DNA of 64,000 nucleotides from Promethearchaeota archaeon (GCA_030603385.1 JAUVXW010000005.1:64001-128000); one strand, 5' to 3'; shown: positions 1 to 10,526, counted from the first letter of the stretch. A program made the numbers and translations. The notes: generated by a model from the letters alone, not told the origin.

Positions 1-45
1 GTACAATGCTCGGTTATCAACCGACCGTTTCTATACTACGAGAGC
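1..45 (-). tRNA. Possible 5' part of a tRNA gene running off the window edge (isotype not determinable)
   Basis: Minus strand reads GCTCTCG-TA-GTAT-AGAAACGGTC-GGTTGATAACC-GAGCAT-TGTAC: acceptor-stem 5' arm, U8A9, D-arm with GG. GC-richer than its flanks; anticodon would lie outside the window. Confidence 0.3.
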
Positions 46-125
46 CTTTTCTAAGCCTTATAGAAATTTTGTTTGTTTCTTGCTAAATATAATGATTATT
101 GCTAAAAAAGATTTATTCAAATTGT

Positions 126-701
126 TTACTTTTCCATTTTATTCATGATATTAATGATATAATCCAATAATTCATTAATCGCATCATCCAAATCTCCGGT
201 ATTATCTATACAAAAGTCTGCTTCGAGAAATTTCTGATTTTTCTTTGCCCGTTCGATTCTCTCTTTTAATAAATCTTTAGTTTCTCTTTTTCGATCTTTT
301 ATACGTTGTAAGGTTATTTCAAAAGGAACTTCTATAAAAATAACTTTAACATTTTTATACATTTCTCTTGCTTGTTTTACTATCGTACGGCTAACATTTA
401 TGATGACAGGGTGTCCTTTGTTAAGAAAATTCTCTATCTCTGTTAGGATTCCATAGTTTAGACCGTAAATATTCCATTTCAAAGCAAATTTTCCATTTAT
501 TTCCATTTTTTTAAATTCTTCTGGAGTAATTGATATATTTTTTTCAAATTTTGAGGGAGGTCTTGTAATATATCTTTTAGGTGCATAAATTTGCTTTAAA
601 TTCGAAGGATGTTTACTAATAACTCCAAAAATAATTGAATCTTTGCCAGATCCTGAGTTTCCAACTATTAAAAGTAATATACCATCAAAATCTTTAGCCA
701 T
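126..701 (-). CDS. phnN: Ribose 1,5-bisphosphate phosphokinase PhnN-like / guanylate-kinase-family P-loop kinase
   Basis: GNSGSGKDS P-loop, RYITRP, FALKW..YGLNYGI, VIINVSR motifs typical of PhnN. Confidence 0.7.
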   Translation of the reverse strand: MAKDFDGILLLIVGNSGSGKDSIIFGVISKHPSNLKQIYAPKRYITRPPSKFEKNISITPEEFKKMEINGKFALKWNIYGLNYGILTEIENFLNKGHPVIINVSRTIVKQAREMYKNVKVIFIEVPFEITLQRIKDRKRETKDLLKERIERAKKNQKFLEADFCIDNTGDLDDAINELLDYIINIMNKMEK

Positions 702-891
702 TATTTTTCTTATTTACTCGAATTGATTTATATTGTTAGTAGGTTAGGTTAGAATTTAAAGTCTCTAATAATAATTTTTCATTCATAATCGTTATTAGAT
801 ATAAACCTAAAAAAATTAAAATATGAGTGATGTTATCAATCTTACTAGAATAATATTTTTTTTTATTGCATCTAAAATTTTTAATTAAGAA

Positions 892-1314
892 ATGGCGAAA
901 AAAAGCAGTAATGGAAATTCAGAAATATCAGAAATACCTGAGAGTTATCAGAGATATTTAGATGAAATTTATAGTATCTCGAGGAAAAAGAAAGGTGGAT
1001 GGGTAACCAACAAGGAGATTGCAGAAAGCCTAAAAATAGAACCTCCTTCTGTAAGCGGAATGCTGGAAAAATTGAAGCAGAAAGGACTGATTAAATGGGA
1101 ACCAAGGAAATCCATAAGATTGACAGAAAAAGGTAAAAAAATTGCCAAGCAGTTGGGTGAAACCCATAGTTTGCTTTACCAATTTTTCGCGAACGTATTG
1201 AAAATTGAAGATAAAGATGTTATAGAAAATTTATCTTGCGAGATAGAGCATCATATTACACACGATGTCAAGAATTCATTAGAAGAATTTCTCTTAAAAT
1301 ACTTAGATGGATAA
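892..1314 (+). CDS. DtxR/MntR-family metal-dependent transcriptional regulator
   Basis: YLDEIY, EIAESLKIEPPSVSGML HTH, LTEKGKKIA, CEIEHH metal site. Confidence 0.9.
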   Translation: MAKKSSNGNSEISEIPESYQRYLDEIYSISRKKKGGWVTNKEIAESLKIEPPSVSGMLEKLKQKGLIKWEPRKSIRLTEKGKKIAKQLGETHSLLYQFFANVLKIEDKDVIENLSCEIEHHITHDVKNSLEEFLLKYLDG

Positions 1315-1379
1315 GTTTAATTAGTATCTATAATTCATTGAAACAACTAACTTAATAAATTCTTTCATTATGAATTAAG

Positions 1380-2138
1380 ATGTCAGAAGAATTAAAACAT
1401 AAAGTTGAATTGGTACAAAGGCATTTTGAAAATTTTTCTAATTTTATAGAATTACCCGATTTTAGATCTTTTCTACTATTTACTCTAACTAGTCAAATAT
1501 CCTCAAATATTTTAGCTCAAATGGGATTAGGTGGAAATAAAGAGGTAATTAATATACCATATAATCCTATTTTAAAGATATATTACCAGAAGATAAATTT
1601 GATTTCTGCTGGCTCATTAATAATTTATGTTAAAAGTGATCCGATTTCTGAGGAGTTTATTTTAGAAAAAGATAATCCAATTATAAAAAAATTTTTAAAT
1701 CCTAACGAGATGAGCCTTGCTTTTCGAGGAAAAGAAAAATTTTTATTGCCTATGATTAGTGATTGTAGTACTTGTAATGGAGAAAGCAATTCTAAATTAA
1801 TAATTAAAATTGATGATCTATTTCATTCATTACAAAGTTTTCTTGCTGTGGCTGAGCCTAATTTGCTTTTTGTACTTGGAGCTAACAGTGCACAAGAACC
1901 TGATTTATTGTTTACTTTTAATATGATACCAGAGTTGCCAAGTAGATTAGATCGAAAAATTTTAAAGATTGATATCTTCGTGGATAATGAGCATAATACA
2001 AAAGATATTACTTATATAAAGCGAGAAGAGAATTTTATCATCAAGTATCTTAAGGATATTAAAGATGTTAGTCATGCTGATATATACAAATCAGCCTATT
2101 CTTTGTTATTGCACGTTAAATCTTTTAATAAGCCATAA
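1380..2138 (+). CDS. Hypothetical protein
   Basis: 252-aa ORF with coding-like composition and one CxxC; no recognised family. Confidence 0.6.
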   Translation: MSEELKHKVELVQRHFENFSNFIELPDFRSFLLFTLTSQISSNILAQMGLGGNKEVINIPYNPILKIYYQKINLISAGSLIIYVKSDPISEEFILEKDNPIIKKFLNPNEMSLAFRGKEKFLLPMISDCSTCNGESNSKLIIKIDDLFHSLQSFLAVAEPNLLFVLGANSAQEPDLLFTFNMIPELPSRLDRKILKIDIFVDNEHNTKDITYIKREENFIIKYLKDIKDVSHADIYKSAYSLLLHVKSFNKP

Positions 2139-2383
2139 TTTATTTTTTTCCTACTTTTAACGGATCCTGCTTTTTCTTTAAAAGGATTAATAAAATCTCA
2201 GTCTTATTATTGCATTAATATTTGACTTACATTTATGAGAAAATTGAAATTTTCATATTCGTTAGAACTTAAGCGGTTAATACCATTAAAGGATTAATAT
2301 ATTCAATTTATAAACCCTCCGACAAAATATATAAAGTATAGAATTCATTCAAAATAAATTATAATAATTTCCGGTCTAAAGGG

Positions 2384-2599
2384 TTGAACATTATGAAGAT
2401 AATAACAATAAATTTACCAGAAAAATATTTGCAGGCAATTCAGATTCTGAATGATATGGATATTTATCCCTCCCGAAGTGAAGCAATAAGGATCGCATTG
2501 GGTGATTTTTTAGCAAAAGAGCTTAAGATGTATAACGATCTTGAAGATGAGAGCTTTAAAATACTTATTCGAAGTAAAATGAATAAGCTTAATCACTAA
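2384..2599 (+). CDS. Ribbon-helix-helix (CopG/MetJ-type) regulator
   Basis: MKIITINLPEKYL...YPSRSEAIRIAL RHH signature; start may be the internal ATG of MKII. Confidence 0.85.
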   Translation: MNIMKIITINLPEKYLQAIQILNDMDIYPSRSEAIRIALGDFLAKELKMYNDLEDESFKILIRSKMNKLNH

Positions 2600-2602
2600 A
2601 CC

Positions 2603-2618
2603 TTTTTTTTTTTTTTTT
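2603..2618 (+). terminator. Oligo-T archaeal terminator
   Basis: T16 run immediately after the RHH stop codon. Confidence 0.5.
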
Positions 2619-2737
2619 AGTAACCTAAGATTTAGCCATTTAAATCATATAGAAATGCAAATACATTAATTATACTATTAAATAGAATAGAGACATATTT
2701 TTATTTATAAATTTTTTTTTAAAGAGTTTGATGATAT

Positions 2738-4009
2738 ATGAGGAAATTAAAGTCTATACAAATACTTACAATTCTGACACTTTTTAGCAGCGCACTATTT
2801 AGTATAATAACCCCAATGTCTCTTGAGATTTCCTTAGCTTTAAACTTTAATGAAAATCAAGTAACTTTTATAAATTCAATGTTTTTAATGGTTGGTGCGG
2901 TGAGTTCTCTTATGTGGGCAATATTAGGAGATAAATTCCCCCGAAAAAGTTTACTAATCATTTCAACTTTTGAATGGGCATTACTTACATTATTTACGAT
3001 TTTTTCTACTAATTTTCTTTCATTATTAGTTTTCCAATTAATTACAGCAATAGGATTCGGGGCAGCATTGCCTTTAATTTTTTCTTTAATCATAGATCTG
3101 GCTGATCCAGAGAGCAGAGGTAAGCAGTTTGGTGTTTTAAGTGCAGTTTATGTTTTGGGCAATGGTTTAGGGCAGATTCTTTCAGGTTTCTTAATTGATT
3201 ACTATACTTGGCAAGTACCAATTCTAATTATTTCTATCAGTGGATTTGCTTGTACAGGGTTGTTGTTTTTTGTTGCTGAGCCAATGAGAGGTGCTAAAGA
3301 CGGAATTTATAAAACAGTTGATGAGAGCGCCCCTGGACTGGCTTATAAGATCAAATCTGGAGACTTCAAGCAGATCTGGAAAAATAAATCAACTCTATGG
3401 ATATTATTGTTAAATTTCATTATGTTTATCTCAATAGGAGCAATATCTTCATTTTTCATATCAATGCTTAAAAATGATTATAATCTAAGTTCTACTTTAG
3501 CAACGGGATTTCTGATTCTAGTCTTTGGTAGTCAGATCCCTAGTGGCCCTATATTTGGAAAGTTAGGAGACAAAAGATATGAATATGATAAGAAAGGTAG
3601 GATGAAGATTGTATTTTTATGCCTTTTCGGTGGATCTATTTTCTATATTATAGCGTTTTCATTATTCTTTATTTCAACTGATTTACCCTTTTTAATAATG
3701 TTTTTTGCTTTAGTTCTTGGAGGTGCGTTTCTATTCGGGGGTATTGATCCATTAACTCAAGCAACCCTTGGGGACATAAATCTTCCTCAGGTTCGCTCTA
3801 CTATTTATAGTCTTAATTACTTAACATATACTTTTGGTAGGAGTATAAGTCTTTTGATTTTAGGTCAATTCTTTCTTACATTTAACAATTCATATAGTCC
3901 AGGATACTTTATATTATCAATTATGGCATTATCATGCACTCTTATACTTTATCCTATTTTGAAAGTAATACCTCGCGATATTGAAAATATTAAATCTAAA
4001 CAAATTTAA
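2738..4009 (+). CDS. MFS transporter
   Basis: About 12 TM segments; motif A-like WAILGDKFPRK and FGKLGDKR; RGKQFG. Confidence 0.9.
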   Translation: MRKLKSIQILTILTLFSSALFSIITPMSLEISLALNFNENQVTFINSMFLMVGAVSSLMWAILGDKFPRKSLLIISTFEWALLTLFTIFSTNFLSLLVFQLITAIGFGAALPLIFSLIIDLADPESRGKQFGVLSAVYVLGNGLGQILSGFLIDYYTWQVPILIISISGFACTGLLFFVAEPMRGAKDGIYKTVDESAPGLAYKIKSGDFKQIWKNKSTLWILLLNFIMFISIGAISSFFISMLKNDYNLSSTLATGFLILVFGSQIPSGPIFGKLGDKRYEYDKKGRMKIVFLCLFGGSIFYIIAFSLFFISTDLPFLIMFFALVLGGAFLFGGIDPLTQATLGDINLPQVRSTIYSLNYLTYTFGRSISLLILGQFFLTFNNSYSPGYFILSIMALSCTLILYPILKVIPRDIENIKSKQI

Positions 4010-4044
4010 ATCAAAAAGGATTAACCTCCAATAGGGGTATTATT

Positions 4045-4746
4045 GTGGATATTAAAACTGATGTTTGTAATGGTTGCGGACAATGTGTAATTGTTTGTCC
4101 TGTTCAAGCAATACGAATGGTTGATAATAAAGCTGTTATAGATGAAGAATTATGTGTAGAATGTTCAGTTTGTTATAGGAATGCTAATTGCCCTGTCAAT
4201 GCAATTAGAATGAAAAGACTAAAGTGGCCTAGAGTAATACGGGTTCCATTTAGTAATGTGATTGCTACACATAAGGTCACGGGCGTACCTGGGCGTGGAA
4301 CTGAAGAAATGAAAACGAATGATGTTACTAATCGTTTTAACATCGAAGAGATTGGAGTTTCTATTGAATTAGGAAGACCTGGGATAGGAACACGTCTTGA
4401 AAATATTGAATTATTCACAACAAGACTTTCTAAAATTGGTGTAACTTATGAAGAAAAAAGTCCAGTTACAGCATTGATTGTGGACGATAAAGGTCATATA
4501 AATCAAGAAATTAAAGAACAACGTGTACTTTCTGCTATTATAGAATTTAAGATTCCAGACAAGAAATTACCTCAAATTTTAGAAGTAATTAGAAAAGTAG
4601 ATAAAGAAATTGATACTGTTTTTTCTGTGGGGATAGTTTCAAGAATAAAAGATAATAATACAAAAGAAATTATGAATAGAGTATCACAGCTTGGTTTTCA
4701 AGTGAGACCAAATGCAAAAATAAATATTGGGCTAGGCAGGCCATGA
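4045..4746 (+). CDS. 2x[4Fe-4S] ferredoxin-domain protein with uncharacterised C-terminal domain
   Basis: CNGCGQCVIVCP and CVECSVC...CP; PGRGTEEMKTNDVT and ELGRPG motifs. Confidence 0.8.
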   Translation: MDIKTDVCNGCGQCVIVCPVQAIRMVDNKAVIDEELCVECSVCYRNANCPVNAIRMKRLKWPRVIRVPFSNVIATHKVTGVPGRGTEEMKTNDVTNRFNIEEIGVSIELGRPGIGTRLENIELFTTRLSKIGVTYEEKSPVTALIVDDKGHINQEIKEQRVLSAIIEFKIPDKKLPQILEVIRKVDKEIDTVFSVGIVSRIKDNNTKEIMNRVSQLGFQVRPNAKINIGLGRP

Positions 4747-4765
4747 AAATATTGGGGAGAAAAAA

Positions 4766-5356
4766 ATGACTCATTCATTACACAGGAAAGGGATAGAAAA
4801 GGATCTAAAAAAGGATTATGTAGTGTTAGCAATGCTTGCGGCGGGTTTTAATGATAAATATGATGATTCTCGACAAAAGTTAATAAAAATCGGCGAAATC
4901 TTGAAAAAGCATAACCCTGTTAATATTATGCCTGAAATTGGTTGGAGAACATCTCCTACTGTCACGGCTACTTTTAATAATATTAAAACTGTAAAGAAAA
5001 TTATTCGAATTCTTAAAAAAGAAGACTTAGGTCTCTCTATCGTAATTAGTGGATTGATTTCTGAAATAGAAAAGGTTGTTAAGGAAGTTGATTTAGGTGT
5101 TCATACAATACATTTCTCCTTGGGTAATACATTCGGGAGAAAAGAACTATTACCACCAGAGAAAATCCTAGAAATTACTACAATGTGTGGCCATCACACA
5201 ATCTCACCACAATCGATAACCCATTATATTAATTTGATTAAACAAGGAAAATTAACAGTCGAAAAAGCCGCAAAAAAGTTAACAAAACCATGCGTATGCG
5301 GTATTTTTAATACTTCTCGAGCAATTCAGATACTTAATACTTTAGTTAAAGAATAA
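4766..5356 (+). CDS. Conserved hypothetical Cys/His-motif protein, partner of the upstream ferredoxin protein
   Basis: MTHSLHR N-terminus, TTMCGH and CVCGIFN motifs; 19 nt downstream of the ferredoxin gene. Confidence 0.7.
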   Translation: MTHSLHRKGIEKDLKKDYVVLAMLAAGFNDKYDDSRQKLIKIGEILKKHNPVNIMPEIGWRTSPTVTATFNNIKTVKKIIRILKKEDLGLSIVISGLISEIEKVVKEVDLGVHTIHFSLGNTFGRKELLPPEKILEITTMCGHHTISPQSITHYINLIKQGKLTVEKAAKKLTKPCVCGIFNTSRAIQILNTLVKE

Positions 5357-5483
5357 TTCTGATTTTTTCAAAACTTGCCAACATTGCTCAAGATATAAAT
5401 ATCTAACTATTATATTTTTAATTAAACCCTAGAGATTCATAATTTATACTATTTAGATAATATTCGATTTGGAGGTAGATTTA

Positions 5484-6122
5484 ATGAAAGTTGGGATAAT
5501 TGGAACAGGAAGTTTAGGGAGTGCTCTTGGAAAAATTTGGGCAGAAAAGGGCCATATGATTATGTATGGCTCTCGAGATCCTCAGAAAGCAAAAAAGTTA
5601 GCTAATTCAATCGGATCTAATGCAAGTGGAGGAACCTATGAAGAAGCTGCAAAATTTAGTGATGTTGTCATTCTTGCAGTTCCATGGTCAGGAGCAAAAG
5701 AATCAATCAAAGCAGCAGGAGATTTAGATGGTAAGATTATTGTAGATTCTACTACTACTGCTGCACCTCATTTGGGTGGGCCTTTAATAGGACGTACTCC
5801 CTCTGCAGCAGAAAAAGTCGTAAAATGGGCAGTAGGGGCTAAAGTAATAAAAGCAGTTCATACTATTGGTGTAGAAAGTTTAAATAAATTACAGTTTGGT
5901 TCCCAACAAGCAAGTTTATTTATTTGTGGAGACAATTTAGAAGCAAAATCAATTGTTCGTACTTTAGGAGAAGATATCGGTTTTGAAGTAATAGATGCTG
6001 GTCCACTCACAAATGCGAGGCTTACTGAACCCCTCGGGATGCTTTGGATTGAATTAGCTTACAAACAAGGTATGGGTACGGACATAGCGTTCAAATTATT
6101 ACGACGTAGGAAAGCTAAATGA
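5484..6122 (+). CDS. NADPH-dependent F420 reductase family (Fno/NpdG-like)
   Basis: GIIGTGSLG Rossmann motif, GSRDP, ILAVPW, ICGD, DAGPLTNAR; ATG 5484 follows GGAGGT RBS. Confidence 0.85.
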   Translation: MKVGIIGTGSLGSALGKIWAEKGHMIMYGSRDPQKAKKLANSIGSNASGGTYEEAAKFSDVVILAVPWSGAKESIKAAGDLDGKIIVDSTTTAAPHLGGPLIGRTPSAAEKVVKWAVGAKVIKAVHTIGVESLNKLQFGSQQASLFICGDNLEAKSIVRTLGEDIGFEVIDAGPLTNARLTEPLGMLWIELAYKQGMGTDIAFKLLRRRKAK

Positions 6123-6236
6123 AAGATTTATCAAATTAAGTTTTACTACTTTTTTTATTTTATATTTACTTTATTAAGAGATAATATAGCGATACTTTTG
6201 GTATACTTTAATAAGAATGATTATCAGTATAGAATT

Positions 6237-7178
6237 ATGAAAATTTCAAATTTTAATACTAATTCTCCACTTATTCATACTTATTCTATCGTGGCAAGAG
6301 ATCCAAAAACAGGACAAATGGGTGTAGGAGTACAGAGTCATTATTTCTCAGTAGGTTCCGTTGTAGATTGGGGGCGTTCTGGAGTTGGTGTAGTAGCCAC
6401 ACAATCGTTTGTAAACAAATCTTTTGGATTAAGAGGTCTTGATCTAATGGAACAAGGAAAATCACCAGAAGAAGCATTAAAGATATTACTTTCAGATGAC
6501 GAAGGAAAAGATGTAAGACAAGTTGCTTTATTAGATAATCAAGGTAAGACCGCTGTTCATACGGGATCAAAGTGTATTAAATATGCTGGGCATGAAAAAG
6601 GAGAGAATTTTTCAGTTCAAGCAAATATGATGTTAACGGATAAAGTTTGGCCAGCTATGGCTAAGGCTTTTAAAAAAAATAAAAACTTACCTCTACCTGA
6701 GAGAATAGTAAAGACATTGGAGGCAGCAGAAGCAGAAGGAGGAGATATAAGAGGAAAGCAATCAGCAGCCATATTAATTGTAAAAGGTGAGCAAGTCGAA
6801 AACAAATGGGACGATCCTTTTATTGACATTAGGGTTGAAGATCATCCTGAACCTTTAAAAGAACTTAATAGACTATTGAAACTCTGGAGAGCTTATGAAA
6901 ATATGGATAAAGGAGATATTGCTATGGAAAAAGGCGATACAAATAAAGCCCTAGAAGAGTATAACAATGCAAGAGAAATGTTCCCTGACAATCTTGAAAT
7001 GAAATATTGGACAGCCATATCTCTAGCTAATAAAAATCAAATTGAGGCGGCATTACCACTATTAAAAGAAATTTTTGAAAAGGATAATAATTGGCGAATA
7101 CTTACGGAAAGGCTCCCCGAAGTGGAAATATTAAATATATCAGAAAATGATTTGAATAAAATATTAAATTTAACGTGA
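6237..7178 (+). CDS. DUF1028 (Ntn-hydrolase-like) protein with C-terminal TPR-like region
   Basis: TYSIVARD...GVGVQS, VATQS, QANMM, GGDIRGKQSAA, DIRVEDH; helical TPR-like tail. Confidence 0.85.
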   Translation: MKISNFNTNSPLIHTYSIVARDPKTGQMGVGVQSHYFSVGSVVDWGRSGVGVVATQSFVNKSFGLRGLDLMEQGKSPEEALKILLSDDEGKDVRQVALLDNQGKTAVHTGSKCIKYAGHEKGENFSVQANMMLTDKVWPAMAKAFKKNKNLPLPERIVKTLEAAEAEGGDIRGKQSAAILIVKGEQVENKWDDPFIDIRVEDHPEPLKELNRLLKLWRAYENMDKGDIAMEKGDTNKALEEYNNAREMFPDNLEMKYWTAISLANKNQIEAALPLLKEIFEKDNNWRILTERLPEVEILNISENDLNKILNLT

Positions 7179-8233
7179 AAAGTATGAAAGTTGCACGATA
7201 TTATAATAATAATGATATAAGAGAAGACGAAATCCCTAAACCTGTAATTGGTCCAGGAGAAATTTTAGTAAAAGTAAAAAAATCTGGGATTTGTGGTTCA
7301 GATATACTAGAATATTATCGATTTGCTAAAATGAAGAAATTAGGTGTCGATTCTCTAATTTTAGGTCACGAAATAGCAGGCGACATTGTTGAGAAAAGTG
7401 AAACAGTCAAACATTTGAAAGTTGGGGATCGTGTATTTGTTTCTCATCATGTGCCTTGTTTTGAATGTCATTATTGTAAACAAGGGCATCAAACTGCTTG
7501 TAACTTACTCCATAATACTAATTATGATCCTGGTGGCTTTGCTGAATTTGTACGTATACCTAAGATCAATATTGAAAAAAAAGGTGTATATGTTTTAGAT
7601 AGAAGCGTATCTTATGAAGAGGCTGTCTTTATAGAACCACTTGGTTGTGTATGTCGAGCACAACGATTGGCGAATGTGAAGAAAGGATTAACTGTTTTAA
7701 TTTTAGGATGTGGCACATCAGGATTATTACATATACAATTGGCGAAAGTTAGGGGCGTAAAAAATATTATTGCCACCGATATAAATGAGTTTAGACTTCA
7801 GAAAGCAAAAGAATTCGGGGCTGATACTGTATTTCATGCTAATGTAGATCTTACAAGAGAAATTCAAGAAATAAACAAGTTTAGATTAGCCGATATTGTA
7901 ATTGTATGCACTGGGGCTACATCAGCTGCACAACAAGCCTTGGAATGTGCAGCATCAGGGAGCAAGATTATTTTCTTTGCAGTTCCAGAGCCAGGTATTA
8001 ACCTTGAAGTCCCTATTAATAAATATTGGAGAAATGAAATAACAATTATGACATCTTATGGGGCAGCTCCGCAAAATCTTGATGAGGCATATAATTGGAT
8101 TCTCTCAAAAAGAATTAACGTTGTAGATTTAATCACCCATAGATTTCCACTTTCTAAAGCTAAGGAAGCATTTAAAGTTGTATGCGAAGCAAAAGAATCT
8201 ATAAAAGTAATTTTAAAAACAGAAGGGGATTAA
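7175..8233 (+). CDS. Zn-dependent medium-chain alcohol/polyol dehydrogenase
   Basis: GICGSD, GHE, CFECHYC...C structural Zn site, GCGTSG. Confidence 0.9.
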   Translation: MKSMKVARYYNNNDIREDEIPKPVIGPGEILVKVKKSGICGSDILEYYRFAKMKKLGVDSLILGHEIAGDIVEKSETVKHLKVGDRVFVSHHVPCFECHYCKQGHQTACNLLHNTNYDPGGFAEFVRIPKINIEKKGVYVLDRSVSYEEAVFIEPLGCVCRAQRLANVKKGLTVLILGCGTSGLLHIQLAKVRGVKNIIATDINEFRLQKAKEFGADTVFHANVDLTREIQEINKFRLADIVIVCTGATSAAQQALECAASGSKIIFFAVPEPGINLEVPINKYWRNEITIMTSYGAAPQNLDEAYNWILSKRINVVDLITHRFPLSKAKEAFKVVCEAKESIKVILKTEGD

Positions 8234-8245
8234 ACCTTCTCAATA

Positions 8246-8479
8246 TTATCCTATAAATCTTGTTTGGACTTGTTCATATAGATTAGTTCCATAAATGGTC
8301 TTTAAACTGATAAAAGACCCTAAAACTATAAGGATTATTGGTGGTACAATTATATATATGATAGCATTTTGGCCAATTACTACTTTAAATGGCCCATCTC
8401 CCTGAAGAATAGCAGCTAGTGGAAGACTTAAAGGATATCTAAAAATAAATGCCAGTATTATAGCTAATCCGTGATTCAA
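8246..8479 (-). CDS. Small hydrophobic ORF, possibly a membrane-protein remnant
   Basis: Two hydrophobic stretches, TTG start, no recognised family. Confidence 0.3.
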   Translation of the reverse strand: MNHGLAIILAFIFRYPLSLPLAAILQGDGPFKVVIGQNAIIYIIVPPIILIVLGSFISLKTIYGTNLYEQVQTRFIG

Positions 8480-8540
8480 CTCAGTATTGGATAAAAAATA
8501 TGATAAAAATAATAAAATTAGATAGTTGCTTGCTCGAGGT

Positions 8541-9467
8541 TTATTTTAGATCTAATAGCTTAGCTGCATTTCCTCCTAAAATTGCATCAATTTCTTCTTT
8601 TGTAAAACTAATTCCAGGGGGTGCTTCTTTAGGAAGGTTTTTAATTCTTTCAATTAGGTCTTTCACAGGTAGAATAACGTCATAAATAGGACTATCAGAG
8701 CCAAAAAGCACACTTTCAACACCCACATAATCAATAATATCTCTGAGTTCTCGGCAAAATAATTCGAATTTTCCAAAAGCTAAAGGACCCCACATGGCTA
8801 AATCTCCATAGAGATTTGGATGGAATGCGGCAAGTGCAGCCCAAGGTCTCCAATTGATTTGCCCCATGTGAGCCGCAATTATTCTAAGATTAGGAAAGTC
8901 AGCTAAAATATCAGAAAGCAATGAAGGTTCAGTATATTTACTACGTCTATTCTTAAGTGGTCCAGTGTGCGTCAGTAATATTCCATTGTTTTTTTCTAAG
9001 TAATCTAATAATAGGTAGGATTCTGGACTTGTGGGATCAAATCCGTTATCTGGATGATATTTTAAACCTTTCATGCCAAATTCTTCAAAACATTGTTTCA
9101 ACATATCCAAGGCTTCTGGTCGTCTTGGATCGATACCAGCAAAAGCGATCAAGTGATGTTGATGATTATTTGCTATATCACTTATTCTTTTATTAATGAT
9201 TTGATTTACTTCTGGTGTGAGTAATTCATTATCGGCATTATCAACATGACAAACAACTGTAAAATCAATCCCTGCATTATCCATAAGTTTGATTAATTTT
9301 TTTCCATCTTTATCACCATATAACTCGGAGCATTTTTGAATTATCAAATTCTCACTCATCGTTATTCCCATAATTTTAGCCATTCTTAAAAGTTCAGGTA
9401 CCATTGCCTTAGCATTTTCACGTTTGTAATCACCTGGGATAAGATGATAATGGACATCTATTATCAT
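8541..9467 (-). CDS. Amidohydrolase_2 family protein
   Basis: IIDVHYH, GLKYHP, HTG, AAHMG, LFGSDSP, ILGGNAAKLL. Confidence 0.9.
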   Translation of the reverse strand: MIIDVHYHLIPGDYKRENAKAMVPELLRMAKIMGITMSENLIIQKCSELYGDKDGKKLIKLMDNAGIDFTVVCHVDNADNELLTPEVNQIINKRISDIANNHQHHLIAFAGIDPRRPEALDMLKQCFEEFGMKGLKYHPDNGFDPTSPESYLLLDYLEKNNGILLTHTGPLKNRRSKYTEPSLLSDILADFPNLRIIAAHMGQINWRPWAALAAFHPNLYGDLAMWGPLAFGKFELFCRELRDIIDYVGVESVLFGSDSPIYDVILPVKDLIERIKNLPKEAPPGISFTKEEIDAILGGNAAKLLDLK

Positions 9468-9515
9468 TTTTTCTACCTCATTTTCTTATTATAATTTGTT
9501 AAACTCATTAACCTA

Positions 9516-10493
9516 TTAATTTTCTTGTATATTTCGAAAAAATTCACTTCGATGGAGATGTTTTCTTATTATCCATGATTCCCAAAATCTGTATACTTCC
9601 AATACAGCACCCTTCAATTTCTTTTTGGGGAAAAATAAATCCATTTTTAGTAGTTTTTTGACAATCTTATTCTCAGATGTTTCCAATACATCATGAAGTT
9701 TCAGAACTCTATCCACTTTATCTTGGTTATTTTTAATTTTGTGTCTCATATACTCAAATGGGCTTAAATCAGGATTCTTCACGACATAAGAATGGCTTGA
9801 AGTTAGAAATTTTGCGTTTTGTATGAAAAATTTCTCCGCTTTTTTGATATCTTTGATACACTGTGAAATTGAGGCTTCCTTAAATCCATACCATGGTCCA
9901 AAACCTTCGATTTCTGGTTTTGGTTTGTCAAACCCTAGACAGCTGATATGAAATATTTTTTCATCAGGTAAAAAGAACCCAACATGAGCTTTAGAGTGTC
10001 CAGAAAAAGAAATGGAATTAATGTTATAATCTTCAAACTCAAGCGTTTCTCCGGGTTTAAAAGCATTTACATTCTTACACCCTTGATATCCGTTTAATAT
10101 GGCAAATTCCTCAACAATTTCATAATCTAATTCCTCATTAAAACCGAAACCTTGGTAAAAGTTATGTAGATTCAATAAATAATTAGATTCTGGGTAAGGG
10201 GCATGTATAGTTGCTCCAATTTCTTCCCAAGCATGAACATTACATGTATGGTCAAGGTGACCATGAGAGTTAATATAATCGGATATAGGTCCATAAATGT
10301 TATTAAGCAAATTAACATATTTTTGTTCTATATTCAGATCGAGGGATATTGTACTATTATTGCGCTTTTTTTTAGGTAAAATTAAAAGTCCATCACAGCA
10401 AGAAAAAAAATATGGTGGATCTGTTTGATGAACAAGAAGTATATCTTCCGATACTTCTGTGATTTCAAGATTATCTATTTTTGGTAACCGCAT
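9516..10493 (-). CDS. Metallo-beta-lactamase-fold hydrolase
   Basis: SHGHLDH motif, SGHSKAH, TSSH. Confidence 0.85.
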   Translation of the reverse strand: MRLPKIDNLEITEVSEDILLVHQTDPPYFFSCCDGLLILPKKKRNNSTISLDLNIEQKYVNLLNNIYGPISDYINSHGHLDHTCNVHAWEEIGATIHAPYPESNYLLNLHNFYQGFGFNEELDYEIVEEFAILNGYQGCKNVNAFKPGETLEFEDYNINSISFSGHSKAHVGFFLPDEKIFHISCLGFDKPKPEIEGFGPWYGFKEASISQCIKDIKKAEKFFIQNAKFLTSSHSYVVKNPDLSPFEYMRHKIKNNQDKVDRVLKLHDVLETSENKIVKKLLKMDLFFPKKKLKGAVLEVYRFWESWIIRKHLHRSEFFRNIQEN

Positions 10494-10526
10494 AAAGGAT
10501 CTTAAATAAAAAATAATTGTAGAAAA

